Of a DNA stretch of 64,000 nt, positions 29,241 to 38,727 are shown in pieces. Both the position numbers and the translations under genes were made by a program. Source of the stretch: Vulcanimicrobiota bacterium (GTDB lineage Bacteria > Vulcanimicrobiota > Vulcanimicrobiia > Vulcanimicrobiales > Vulcanimicrobiaceae). Location of the stretch: NCBI GenBank assembly GCA_963777315.1, contig CAVZQC010000001.1:384001-448000 (forward strand). Reading direction: 5' to 3'. Positions within the stretch are counted from its first letter, which is position 1; the number at the start of each line of letters is the position of its first letter. The notes below the pieces were generated by a model that had not been told where the DNA came from, searched no databases, and saw only the letters and a list, made by a program, of their open reading frames with translations.

Positions 29241-29801
29241 CTAGCCGCCCGACCAGCGTTCGAACAGGTCATGCTCGACGCCGAATTGATCGAGCGCTTT
29301 GCCGACGGTGTGATCGATAATGTCTTGCACCGTTTGCGGTTTGGCGTACATTGCGGGCATAGGCGGAAGGATCACGGCACCCAGTTCGGCCAGTTGCGCG
29401 AGCGCCCGGAGGTGACCGAGGTGCAGCGGCGTTTCTCGCACCGCCAGCACGAGCTTGCGGCGCTCCTTGAGGCAGACGTCCGCAGCGCGCACGAGCAAGT
29501 TCGCGTTGAACGAATACGCGATGGCGGAAGCGCTTTTTATCGAACACGGCATGACGAGCATTCCGTCCGTTACGAACGAACCGCTCGAAACGGGTGCGGC
29601 CAAGTCGTCGTCGCGATGCACGCGGCCGGCAAGCGCTTCGAATTCTTCCACGCTCTTGTCGGTCTCCAGTTCAATCGTCCGGCGAGCCTGGCTGCTCAAA
29701 ACCAAATGCGTCTGAACGCCTGCATCGCGCAGCGCCTGCAGAGCGCGATAGCCGTACATGCTGCCGCTGGCGCCGCTTATTCCGATGACGATCCGCCGCA
29801 T
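29241..29801 (-). CDS. ubiX: Flavin prenyltransferase
   Basis: GISGASG, SSGS, PCSIK, RAADVCLKERR and RETPL motifs. Confidence 0.95.
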   Translation of the reverse strand: MRRIVIGISGASGSMYGYRALQALRDAGVQTHLVLSSQARRTIELETDKSVEEFEALAGRVHRDDDLAAPVSSGSFVTDGMLVMPCSIKSASAIAYSFNANLLVRAADVCLKERRKLVLAVRETPLHLGHLRALAQLAELGAVILPPMPAMYAKPQTVQDIIDHTVGKALDQFGVEHDLFERWSGG

Positions 29802-31149
29802 GGCTTCGCCGTTACACGCGGGCGGCAGGGCCGCCTTCGTGAATCTCCAAAGATGCCGCGTGCAGTCTGCGGAGCAACTCGCTTTCATCGACGCGGCTCA
29901 AGCGTGGAGCAGCACGCGCGACGAACGCTTTGCGGGCCGAATGCTGCGATCTCCGTTTTGCGGCGTGCCTTCCGGCGTCGCTGCCGCTTATGCGACGCTG
30001 TGGGCACGCGAGGGCAACCTTCTCGACTCGATCGGCCGCCAGAGGCTGGCATGCGACGTGCGATCGCGCGAAGCGCTTCTGGGATTCGCTGCGGCCTTGA
30101 CGCAGCTCTCGCGTCTTCCCGCTGACTCGGGTTTGGCGCAGCGGCGAGCGGCGATCGCGAATTGCTTTGCACTGGATTGCGCGCCGCCCACGCATGCGGC
30201 CGACGCGGGCGAGCGCGCCGAGTTCGCGCTCGCCGAACCGGTTTCGCCGGAGGCCGGCGCCGGCATCGCAACCGACAATCCGCGCTTTAGCGCATCGCAG
30301 TTGAACACCTACGCCGAATGCCCGCGCAAATGGTTTTATCGCTACCTGTGCGCGGCGGTGGAAGACAAGGGTTCTTCGGCGTCCTTTTACGGCACCGCGT
30401 TTCACGCGGCGCTGGAACGGTTCCACGCCGAATACCCGCAGCCGGGCAACGTGCAGCCGCGCGAACTCGACTCGAAACTGCAGGGATACCTCAATGCCGC
30501 CTTCGAGCGTCATAGCAACGATTTCGAAACGCCGGTCGAACGCGAGCTGCAGGTTCGGCGCGCGCGCCGAACCGCACGCAAATACGTCGAGTGGCTCGTG
30601 GCGCAGGCTCGGCTGGCGCCGTTCACGGTCGTGGGCTGCGAGATTCCCGCCGAGCTGCAGATCGAAGGCTTCGATTTCATCGGATACATCGATCGTTTGG
30701 ACCGCGACGATGCTACGGCGGCCGTTACGGTGATCGACTATAAAACCGGCTCGATCGCGGCAACTGCAGCCGAATACCGCGACAAGGTGCGCCGCTTCAA
30801 GGACTTTCAACTGCCGTTCTACTACTGGGCCCGCAGCGCGCAAGGCGATCGTGTGACGCGCCTGGCGCTGGTGCCGCTCAGGGACGCGCTGCTGGACGTG
30901 CGCCCGATTTCGCTCGAAGTCATCCCGATCGCGCGCGAGACGACCCAATCGCACGGCGTTGCGGGCGTGATTCCGATTTCGGAGCTCGAACGCGCCCGGG
31001 AGCGCATGGTTCAGATTTGCCGAGAACTGACGTGCAGGCAGGCCGAGGCCTTTCCCGTTACCGACGACCCCGCAGCGTGCACGTACTGCTCGTACTCGAT
31101 CTCATGCGCGTACAAACCCTATCCGCGCGAGGAGCGATTCGCGCGGTGA
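29800..31149 (+). CDS. RecB-family PD-(D/E)XK nuclease with Fe-S staple (AddB/AdnA-like nuclease module); start uncertain
   Basis: SASQLNTYAECP, GTAFH, GYIDRLD, IDYKTG, QLPFY and C-terminal CTYCSYSISC. Confidence 0.85.
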   Translation: MASPLHAGGRAAFVNLQRCRVQSAEQLAFIDAAQAWSSTRDERFAGRMLRSPFCGVPSGVAAAYATLWAREGNLLDSIGRQRLACDVRSREALLGFAAALTQLSRLPADSGLAQRRAAIANCFALDCAPPTHAADAGERAEFALAEPVSPEAGAGIATDNPRFSASQLNTYAECPRKWFYRYLCAAVEDKGSSASFYGTAFHAALERFHAEYPQPGNVQPRELDSKLQGYLNAAFERHSNDFETPVERELQVRRARRTARKYVEWLVAQARLAPFTVVGCEIPAELQIEGFDFIGYIDRLDRDDATAAVTVIDYKTGSIAATAAEYRDKVRRFKDFQLPFYYWARSAQGDRVTRLALVPLRDALLDVRPISLEVIPIARETTQSHGVAGVIPISELERARERMVQICRELTCRQAEAFPVTDDPAACTYCSYSISCAYKPYPREERFAR

Positions 31150-33325
31150 GCACGTTCATCGTTGGGCCGGCCGGCTGCGGGAAAACCCACGAACTCGCGC
31201 GCCGCGCACGCGCAACCGCCGATCGCATGCCGGTTTTACTGACGTCTTCTTCCGCGGCATCGCTGAGCGTTTTGGGGGCGCTGATCTGCCATCCCAACGT
31301 GTTCGTGCGCGAGCTGCACGAGGTCGCGCGCGAAATGGTCCCCGCCTCGGAGCCGATCGACGACGTTCGCGCGGCGCAGACTGTTCGAGCAAGCGGCGCA
31401 GCCGCTGCTCGATTTGGAGTGGACGGAATTCATCGAAGCCGAGCTCGACCCCGAAGTGCCCGGCCTGCGGGCTCCGGGACGTTTTTTGGACGCGGCCTTC
31501 CGGCTGTTGTGCAAGCTGCGCGACGCGGGCATTTCGCCGGAGCAGTTCTTGGAAAGCTCGCTGCGCGGCGCCGCTCAGTTCTATGCAAAACCTCCGAATC
31601 TCGCGCATCCGGACTTGCTGTACTATACGAAGGACAGACTACCGCGATTCACTCGATGCGAATTCGAGTGAATTGCAGCGCCAATACCGCCGCGAAGTAG
31701 ATCTGGCGAAAATCCTTGCCAAACTGTATCGAGCGTATCTGGATCATCCCGTTCGCCATGGCTGCCTGACCGCGCGCGATGCAGTTGCGCAGGCGACGCG
31801 CGTGGCTGGCGAGGACGCTGCAGTTGCGCACCGCGTGCGCGAGCGATATCCGGCGGTCTTCATCGACGATGCGCAAGAACTCACGCTGAGCGAGCTGCAT
31901 TTTCTCACGGCGCTCTATGGTGAGAATCTCGAGGGAGCGACGCTGGCCGGCGACATGGAATCGGCCACGTCGGCGTTCCGGGGCGCTCGACCGGATCGCG
32001 TTTTCGCCTTACCCGGGGAACGCGTGCTGCTCGAAGAGCGCTCGCGCAGCCCCTTCGCAATCGATGCGGCATGCCGCCATTTGCTTGGGACGTCCGGAAA
32101 TCCGCCGGTCAGCACCGATCCGCAAGTCGGGCTGACGATGTTTCGCGCAACCACCCAGCGCGCCGAGGCGCAGTTCGTCGCCGATCACGTCATCGAGCTG
32201 CTCAACGGCGCGGCGGCGCAGAGCGAGATCGCCCTTCTGTTTCGATCCGTTGCCGCGATACGGCCTTACCGCGACGCTTTGCTCGAGCGCAACGTTCCCG
32301 TGCAAGTCGCCGGCGACTTGAACGTTTTCACCGAGCCGGAAGCGCAGGATGCTTTGGCGATTCTATGGTTCCTTCACGATCCGTTCCGGCACGATTATCT
32401 GCTGCGCGTGCTGTCGGGTCCCGCGCTCGGACTTAGCGACGCTTCACTGCACGTGCTCTGCGGCGAACCGCCCGACACGCAGACGCTGCTGTTTAGCCAA
32501 GAGGGTCCGGAGAACGGTGCCGCACGCTCGGGACGCTGGGACCTCAAGCGAGATCTGCGGCTCGGATGGAACGTTCTGCAGGGCGACCGCGACCCGCACC
32601 TTTCCGCGCCGGCTTGCGAACGCATACGTCTGCTGCGTGAAAAACGCAACTCGTGGTCGCAGGCGATGCGCTCTATGGATCTGCCGTCGCTGGTGCGCCT
32701 AATCTGGAGTCAAGGTTTGGCGCGGGCCGGATCGCCCGGCTGTGCGCGCGCGCTGTACCAGCAGCAGACGCTGGCGCGCCTACACGATCGGCTCGTGCAG
32801 TTTGCCGCCGGCCATGCAAACGTTTCGCTGGGCGAGTTCCTGGAATACGCGCAAGCGCGCATGGAAAGCGATTTCGAGTCGTGCGAAGTGGCCGAGATCG
32901 CAGGAGCGGTGCGCGTGCTGAGCATCGATGCGGCGCGCGGACGTGAATTCGATCACGTCATTCTTCCCAACGTGCGCGCCGGCGCGTTCCCGCGCTGGTA
33001 CGTTCCAGACGCCTTTCTTTACAGCCCGAGCTTGGGGATGATTGCCAAAGAAAACGTCGGGGACGCGCGCGCTTCGCGTACGGCGAAATTCACGTACTAC
33101 ATGTTCCGGACCAAAGCGCGCGAAGCGTACAACCGCGAGGAGCGGCGCGCGTTCGTGTACGCGCTTCGCCGCGCTCGCAAGAGCGCTTTGGTCACCGCCA
33201 GCGAGCGCTCCACCCGCGGAATCAGCGCACCGGAGTTTTTGACCGAACTGCAGGCTGCGCGCTTGCCCGGAGCCGTCGACCGCTCCGATCAGTGGCGTCC
33301 CGCGCGCACCGTCTATACCGGGTGA
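31146..33325 (+). CDS. UvrD/SF1A-like helicase with degenerate motifs (frameshifts near 31380 and 31638)
   Basis: GTG overlaps the nuclease stop; GPAGCGKT, FIDDAQE, AGDMESATSAFRGA, IALLFRS, SIDAARGREF and EERRAFVYALRRAR. Confidence 0.8.
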
Positions 33326-34287
33326 ACCTGCAGCTGCAGGAGATCGACGCGCAAGAATACGCGCGGGACGTCTTGCCGCTCACGCTGCCGCTCTGGGGAA
33401 ACGGCCGCACGTTGGAGACGTACCGTGCCCAGACGTCCGAGCTGGCTTGCCGAACGTATGCCAAACACCATTATCGCACGTTCGGCCTGACGTCCGGCGG
33501 TGGACCTCTCGCATCGTTCAAATGGTACGAGCGCGAAGCTCGCGCCGGCAAAGAGCGTTTGCAAGCCGCCGGCATCGGCGCGGTCTTTACGCCCGAGCAG
33601 CTGCGCGGTCGCGGCTATGCCGGCGCGATGCTCGGGCTCGCGCTAGACCGCGCGCGCGACAGCGGATTCGATTTTGCGTACCTGTTTTCGGACATTCATC
33701 CGCAGTTTTACAAAATGCTCGGCTTCATCGAGCTGCCGTCGCGCTCGATCTCGCTGCGCGCCGACACGCTCAGTGTCGAACGAATCGGCGCTGCAGCGCT
33801 CACGCACGCAGACTGGACCGGCGTGCGCGCCTGCTTCGACGCGTGCCAAGCCCGGCGCGAGTTCGCATTCGAGCGTTCAGCGCTGGTGTGGGATTGGATT
33901 CGCACGCGGCTGCGCCACGGCAGCGAGCACGCCGGCGGGCAGCCCGTGAACCTCGTCTGCCGGTTGCGAAAACGCGTCGCCGCATACGTCATCGGCCGCC
34001 GCGAGACTGCGCACGATGCACTGGTGGTCGACGAGTGCGGCTTTTCCGGCGCGCAAGCCGCTGCACTGATTCCCGCGCTGCTGCGCTGCGCTGCCGGCGA
34101 CTTGCGGCGCGTGACGGGATGGCTGCCGCCGGATCCGGTCCGGCAGTTGCTGCCGCGCGGCTCGGTTCGCCGGCGAACCGCTGCGGTGTGGATGGCGATC
34201 CCGCTTACGCCGGCCGGAAGGCGGTTCGTCACCCTCGCCCGTGAATCGGGAAACGCCGACGGCATGTGGAGTCTGGATCATATTTAA
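33322..34287 (+). CDS. GNAT-family acetyltransferase (Eis-like)
   Basis: GIGAVFTPEQLRGRGYAG acetyl-CoA motif and LFSDI..FYKMLGF; GTGA overlap with the helicase gene. Confidence 0.85.
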   Translation: MNLQLQEIDAQEYARDVLPLTLPLWGNGRTLETYRAQTSELACRTYAKHHYRTFGLTSGGGPLASFKWYEREARAGKERLQAAGIGAVFTPEQLRGRGYAGAMLGLALDRARDSGFDFAYLFSDIHPQFYKMLGFIELPSRSISLRADTLSVERIGAAALTHADWTGVRACFDACQARREFAFERSALVWDWIRTRLRHGSEHAGGQPVNLVCRLRKRVAAYVIGRRETAHDALVVDECGFSGAQAAALIPALLRCAAGDLRRVTGWLPPDPVRQLLPRGSVRRRTAAVWMAIPLTPAGRRFVTLARESGNADGMWSLDHI

Positions 34288-35348
34288 CGGTTGGTCGAAC
34301 GTGACGCTGCGAATAAGCTCTGCTGGCGGGGCTCTGCGTACACGAATGAAGCGACCCGCGTGCCCAAAAGCCGAACCGGCGCGTTGCGAACGTCCGCGCG
34401 GCGAAGGCAATACGCTGCAGCGGCGAATATTCGGCGCGCATCAGCCGTAGGTTCGACCAGGTTCGTCTGGCGCACGACGGTCGTGAAATCGGCGCGCCGC
34501 AGTTTTATCCCGACGTTGCACGACCACAAGCCCTCACGCTCCAGCTTGTGCGCCAGCTCGACGGCCTGCGCCCGCAGCAATTCGCGCAGGCGGCGTTCGT
34601 CGCGCACGTCGTATTCGAACGTCTCTTCGGTCGAGATCGATTTCGTTTCGCGCTGCGGCTCGACCGGCCGGCGATCGATGCCGCGCGCCAAATCGACCAG
34701 CTCGGCGCCCCAGGAACCGAAAATATCCTTGGCGCGTTCGGGCTCGAGCGCGGCGACTTGGCCGATCGTCGCGATTCCGCGTTCGAGCAAACGCGCTTGC
34801 GTTTTCGGCCCCACGCCCCACAGCCGGCCGACCGGCAGGGGCGCGAGGAAATCGGCTTCCTCGCCGGCATCCAGCGCTTGCAGCCCATTGGGTTTGCACG
34901 AATCGGAAAGAATTTTTGCCACCATTTTGCCGCTTGCAACACCGGCACTGACCGTCAGCCGTACCGCTTGATAGACTTCCTGCCGGATCGTCTGAGCCAG
35001 TTCTACCGCGCGATCCAGCGGCATGTCGCCCAAATCGATGAAGGCTTCGTCCATGGACAGCCCCTGCACCGGATAACCTCGGCGTTCGAGCACGCCGAAG
35101 ATGCTGCCGGATACGTCGCGGTATTTCTGCATGTTGGGCGCGACCACGATCAGCTGCGGGCATGCCGCCAACGCTTTATACAACGGCACGGCGGACTTAA
35201 CGCCGAAGGGGCGCGCTTCGTACGATGCCGTCAGGACGACGGCGCGCCGGCTGCTGCCGGCGACCGCGACGGGTTTGCCGCGCAATTGGGGATCGTCGCG
35301 GATCTCGACGCTGGCATAGAACGCGTCGACGTCAAAGTGGGCGATCAC
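34284..35348 (-). CDS. dinB: DNA polymerase IV
   Basis: IAHFDVDAFYASVE, ASYEARPFGV, SMDEAF, KPNG and LWGVG motifs. Confidence 0.95.
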   Translation of the reverse strand: MIAHFDVDAFYASVEIRDDPQLRGKPVAVAGSSRRAVVLTASYEARPFGVKSAVPLYKALAACPQLIVVAPNMQKYRDVSGSIFGVLERRGYPVQGLSMDEAFIDLGDMPLDRAVELAQTIRQEVYQAVRLTVSAGVASGKMVAKILSDSCKPNGLQALDAGEEADFLAPLPVGRLWGVGPKTQARLLERGIATIGQVAALEPERAKDIFGSWGAELVDLARGIDRRPVEPQRETKSISTEETFEYDVRDERRLRELLRAQAVELAHKLEREGLWSCNVGIKLRRADFTTVVRQTNLVEPTADARRIFAAAAYCLRRADVRNAPVRLLGTRVASFVYAEPRQQSLFAASRSTNR

Positions 35349-36194
35349 GCGTGCTGCGCACCGGCAAAGACGTGCCGGATCGTTTCCATGTTGCGCAAAT
35401 CGTCGGCGCGGTCTCCGGGAGTTTCCAAAATCGCGGTCTTCTCGCGCAATTCCGGGCGCATGGCCAACGCCCTGAAACCGGCCAAACCGATATTGCCTTC
35501 GCCGATGTGATGATGGCGGTCGCGATTGCCGCCCAAAGGCACCTGCGTGTCGTTGAAATGAAACACGTGGATGCGATCCAAACCGATGTGTTCGGCGGCT
35601 TGGTACAAAAACTCGTCGACGCCGCGCTGTGAATCGATCGCGTATCCAGCCGCCCACGCGTGAGCCGTATCCAAACACACGCCCAGCTCGAGGATGATCG
35701 AGCGATGTGACGAAGCGGCCCAGCTCTTCGAGCGTTCCGCCGCACAGGGAGCCCGCTCCGGCCGAATTCTCCAAGACCAAATACACGTCCGCTGCGACAT
35801 CTTCGAGCGCGCGCTCGAGCAGCCGGCAGGCCGACACGAAACCTTGCGCGCGATCGCGGTTGCCGTACGATCCCAGATGCGTGTTGACGTACTTGATGCC
35901 GCCCGCCGCGGCGACCGCCAAATCGTTCTTGAGCAACTTGAGCGATCCGCCGGCTATCTTGGAATCTTCGCTCGCCAGATTGATGAGATACGGCGTGTGG
36001 ATGACGCAGGGATCGATGCCGGCCTGCTCGCGGGCGGTTTTGAACGACTCCAGCGCGGGTCTATCGATCGCCGACGTGCGGTAACTGCGCGGGTTGCTGG
36101 AAAATATCTGCAGAGCAGTGCAGCCGACGTGCTTGGCATGCTCCATCGCCGCTGCATATCCGGCTGCGACGCGAACGTGGACGCCGATCCGCAC
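35345..36194 (-). CDS. nfo: Endonuclease IV (frameshift near 35688)
   Basis: IGVHV, HTPYLINL and LENSAG in one frame; GVCLDTAH, FHFND, DRHHHIGEG and ILETP in the next. Confidence 0.92.
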
Positions 36195-36197
36195 CGG

Positions 36198-36815
36198 TTA
36201 CTCTTGCGCCGTGGAGGCCGTCATCTTGCTGGTGAGCAGATCGAGCTCGAGGGGCTGGCCCTGTTCGAGTTCCATCGGCGGAAGATCGTCTAAGGAGCGC
36301 AGGCCGAACGCTTCCAAGAATTCCGCGGTCGTGCGGTAGAGCACAGGCCGGCCCACCACGTCTTTGCGCCCCGCCTCGGCAATCAAGCTGCGATCGAGCA
36401 GCGTCGAAACGACGCTATCCGAAGCCACGCCGCGAATGGATTCGATTTCGCTCTTGGTGACGGGCTGCATGTAGGCGACGATCGCCAGCGTCTCGAGCGC
36501 CGGCGTAGACAAGTTGCTTTTGGGTGGCAGCAGATACGCCTCGACGATTTCACGCACGTCGGGCGAGCTTGCAAAGCGATAGCCGCCCGCAACTTCCCGC
36601 AGCACGATCCCGCGCTCGGCGTACTGCGCCTGGATATGCGCGAGCGCGGTGGCCACTTGCGGCTCGGTCGCACCCGTGACTTTGGCAATCTGCTTTATCG
36701 TGAGCGCTTCGCCCGCCACGAACAGCAGCGCCTCCAGCGGACGGCGCAGCCGTTGGGCGGCATCTTCGAGCGCCTGGGTTTCGTCCTGCGCGCCCGCTTG
36801 TTGAACGGTTTCCAC
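36198..36815 (-). CDS. scpB: SMC-Scp complex subunit ScpB
   Basis: LEALLF, LETLAIVAYMQPVTKSEIESIRGV and GRPVLYRTT..FL..FGL motifs. Start uncertain. Confidence 0.93.
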   Translation of the reverse strand: METVQQAGAQDETQALEDAAQRLRRPLEALLFVAGEALTIKQIAKVTGATEPQVATALAHIQAQYAERGIVLREVAGGYRFASSPDVREIVEAYLLPPKSNLSTPALETLAIVAYMQPVTKSEIESIRGVASDSVVSTLLDRSLIAEAGRKDVVGRPVLYRTTAEFLEAFGLRSLDDLPPMELEQGQPLELDLLTSKMTASTAQE

Positions 36816-36826
36816 TTCGTCGTTCT

Positions 36827-37565
36827 CTATGAAAGCGGCGTAACGGCGAGCAATCGAATATCGTCGAACATCTCGCGCTGCTCGCAGGCTACGCGATGCC
36901 GTCGAATCAGCTCGAGTATCGCCAGAAACGTGATGATGATCGACTCCCGGCTCATGCCCATGTCTTTGCACAGCGTCGAGAAAAATACTTCGCCGCTCTC
37001 GCGCACCTTCCGCGCGACGTAGTCCATCGTCGCCATGAGCGAGAGTCGCTCGCGCGCAATCGTGCGCTTCTCGGGACGCGCGTTGCGCAGCATCGCAACG
37101 AACACGCTCGTCAGCTTGCCGGGATCGACGCGATAGCGCTGGCGCAGCTCGCCGAGCGGATCTCCCGCGTCCCGGTAGTAAAACGCGGAAGCCTCGGCCG
37201 CGCGCGAACGCAAATCCTCGCCGACCTCGCGATACTTCGAGTATGCGATCAGCCGCTGGCGCAAACGCTCTTCGACTTGCTCGGGCGTTTCGGCTTCTTC
37301 GTCCGCGAACTCACCAGGAATCGGCGGCAGCAGCGCCTTGGACTTGAGGAACACTAAAGTCGCCGCGATCACCAAGTACTCCGCAGCCGCCTCGACGTCG
37401 AGCGCTTCCATCATCGAGACGTACGCCAAGTACTGCTCGGCGACCAGAGCCAACGGAACGGTGGCGATATCGAGCTCGACGTTCCTTGACCAAACTGAGC
37501 AGCAGGTCCAGCGGACCGTCAAAAACTTCGACGCTGACCCGCAGCTGCGCGGATTCGTCGTTCAA
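36827..37565 (-). CDS. scpA: Segregation and condensation protein A (frameshift near 37478)
   Basis: FDGPLDLLL in one frame; AEYLVIAATL..KSKALLP and TFLAILEL in the next. Confidence 0.92.
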
Positions 37566-38041
37566 GACGTTCTCTGTTCGGCCGTCCTTGCAATGATTGC
37601 CGCCTCGCCGAAGGCGGTCGGATTGGCCAGCAGATACTCCAGACCCAGGTCGACCAAGCGTTTTTCGTTCACGTATTTCAGGGCTTTCTTGGCGGCTGAA
37701 ATATCGAACCAGCGCGCTTCGTCCACTTCGTGATCGTGGTTGGCCGTATCGCCCGAAAGATAGCGCATCAGGTAGAAGGTCACGGATTTCTTGTGCTTGG
37801 TCCGGTTCAGGTAAAACCAGTACGAGATATCGCTCAGTTTGGTCATGATCTCGCCCCAGCACCCGGTCTCCTCGCGCACTTCGCGCAGGGCGGCCTGCTC
37901 GTGAGATTCCTTGGCCTCGACGTGACCCTTGGGCAGCGTCCAAACGCGCGGCGTGCCGCGTCCGATGAGCAATGCATCGTACGTCGACTCGCGCCGGCGC
38001 AGGACGAGCCCCCCGGCGGACACCTCGTATTTGATTCGCAT
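37562..38041 (-). CDS. NUDIX hydrolase
   Basis: SAGG and Nudix box LPKGHVEAKESHEQAALREVREETG. Confidence 0.92.
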   Translation of the reverse strand: MRIKYEVSAGGLVLRRRESTYDALLIGRGTPRVWTLPKGHVEAKESHEQAALREVREETGCWGEIMTKLSDISYWFYLNRTKHKKSVTFYLMRYLSGDTANHDHEVDEARWFDISAAKKALKYVNEKRLVDLGLEYLLANPTAFGEAAIIARTAEQRTS

Positions 38042-38093
38042 CTCAAAGCCCCTAAGGACGGGAAAGGCGCCCCAACCGGGTCGCCTCCTCATT

Positions 38094-38130
38094 ACATCGA
38101 TTATACCGGATGGGCCCAAGAAGCTTCACC
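38094..38130 (-). promoter_or_regulatory. Candidate sigma70 promoter of the NUDIX-scpA-scpB-nfo-dinB operon
   Basis: Perfect TATAAT on the minus strand (38105-38100); weak -35 (GTGAAG) 18 bp upstream. Confidence 0.5.
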
Positions 38131-38133
38131 CCG

Positions 38134-38679
38134 TTAGGGAGCCGAAGCGGCACCCGCGACGACGTTTTTGCACGCAAGCGTACGGACGATTGCCATTCGC
38201 GGGTCGCTCAACCGAAAGCGCAGCAGACCGCCCGCGCCCGGACACGGCGGCTCGCTTTGAAGGAGCGCGCCCGCAGTCACTGCGCCCGGGACGGCGTCGG
38301 CTTGGCCGGCGCTGTTGAAGAACACGCTGAAGGGCGGAGCCCCGAGCGATGCTTCGGAGATGTCGGCCATCGCGCCGATCGGCGGCACCGGGGCTGCCTG
38401 CATCCCCAAACCGTTGGGGCGGCCCGAAAAGACGCGCGCCGAAAAACCGGGCACGGCCGCGCCGCCGGCATCTTTGCGCGGCGTGAAAACGATCGTTGCG
38501 CCGTTGCCACCGGCGGCGGCCAACGATCGCGCGTATGCTACCGTCGCGTCGAACTGCACTGCGGCGGACTGCGCGCCGAAGGCACGCGCGCCGCCGGCCA
38601 TGGCAAACGAAACCACGGCCGCCGTCGCGACGATCGCCACTACGACGCAAAGTTCCAAAAGCGTGAAGCCGCGCTGCAC
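38134..38679 (-). CDS. Type IV prepilin-like / pseudopilin protein (FimT/GspH-like)
   Basis: Class III signal RG-FTLLEL followed by a hydrophobic helix. Confidence 0.8.
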   Translation of the reverse strand: MQRGFTLLELCVVVAIVATAAVVSFAMAGGARAFGAQSAAVQFDATVAYARSLAAAGGNGATIVFTPRKDAGGAAVPGFSARVFSGRPNGLGMQAAPVPPIGAMADISEASLGAPPFSVFFNSAGQADAVPGAVTAGALLQSEPPCPGAGGLLRFRLSDPRMAIVRTLACKNVVAGAASAP

Positions 38680-38727
38680 GTGCGCTATAGTGCCCCGCCC
38701 GCATCGAAAGCCGGACGGCCGCAGTTT

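Noticed and set aside
29800..31149. Cas4 or CRISPR association of the Fe-S nuclease
   Set aside because: No cas1, cas2 or repeat-spacer array in the window; the context is a UvrD-like partner.
34284..36194. Apparent 636-aa endonuclease IV-DinB fusion in the ORF track
   Set aside because: It is caused by a single extra base near 35688. The nfo C-terminus is intact in another frame and stops at 35345, overlapping the dinB GTG.
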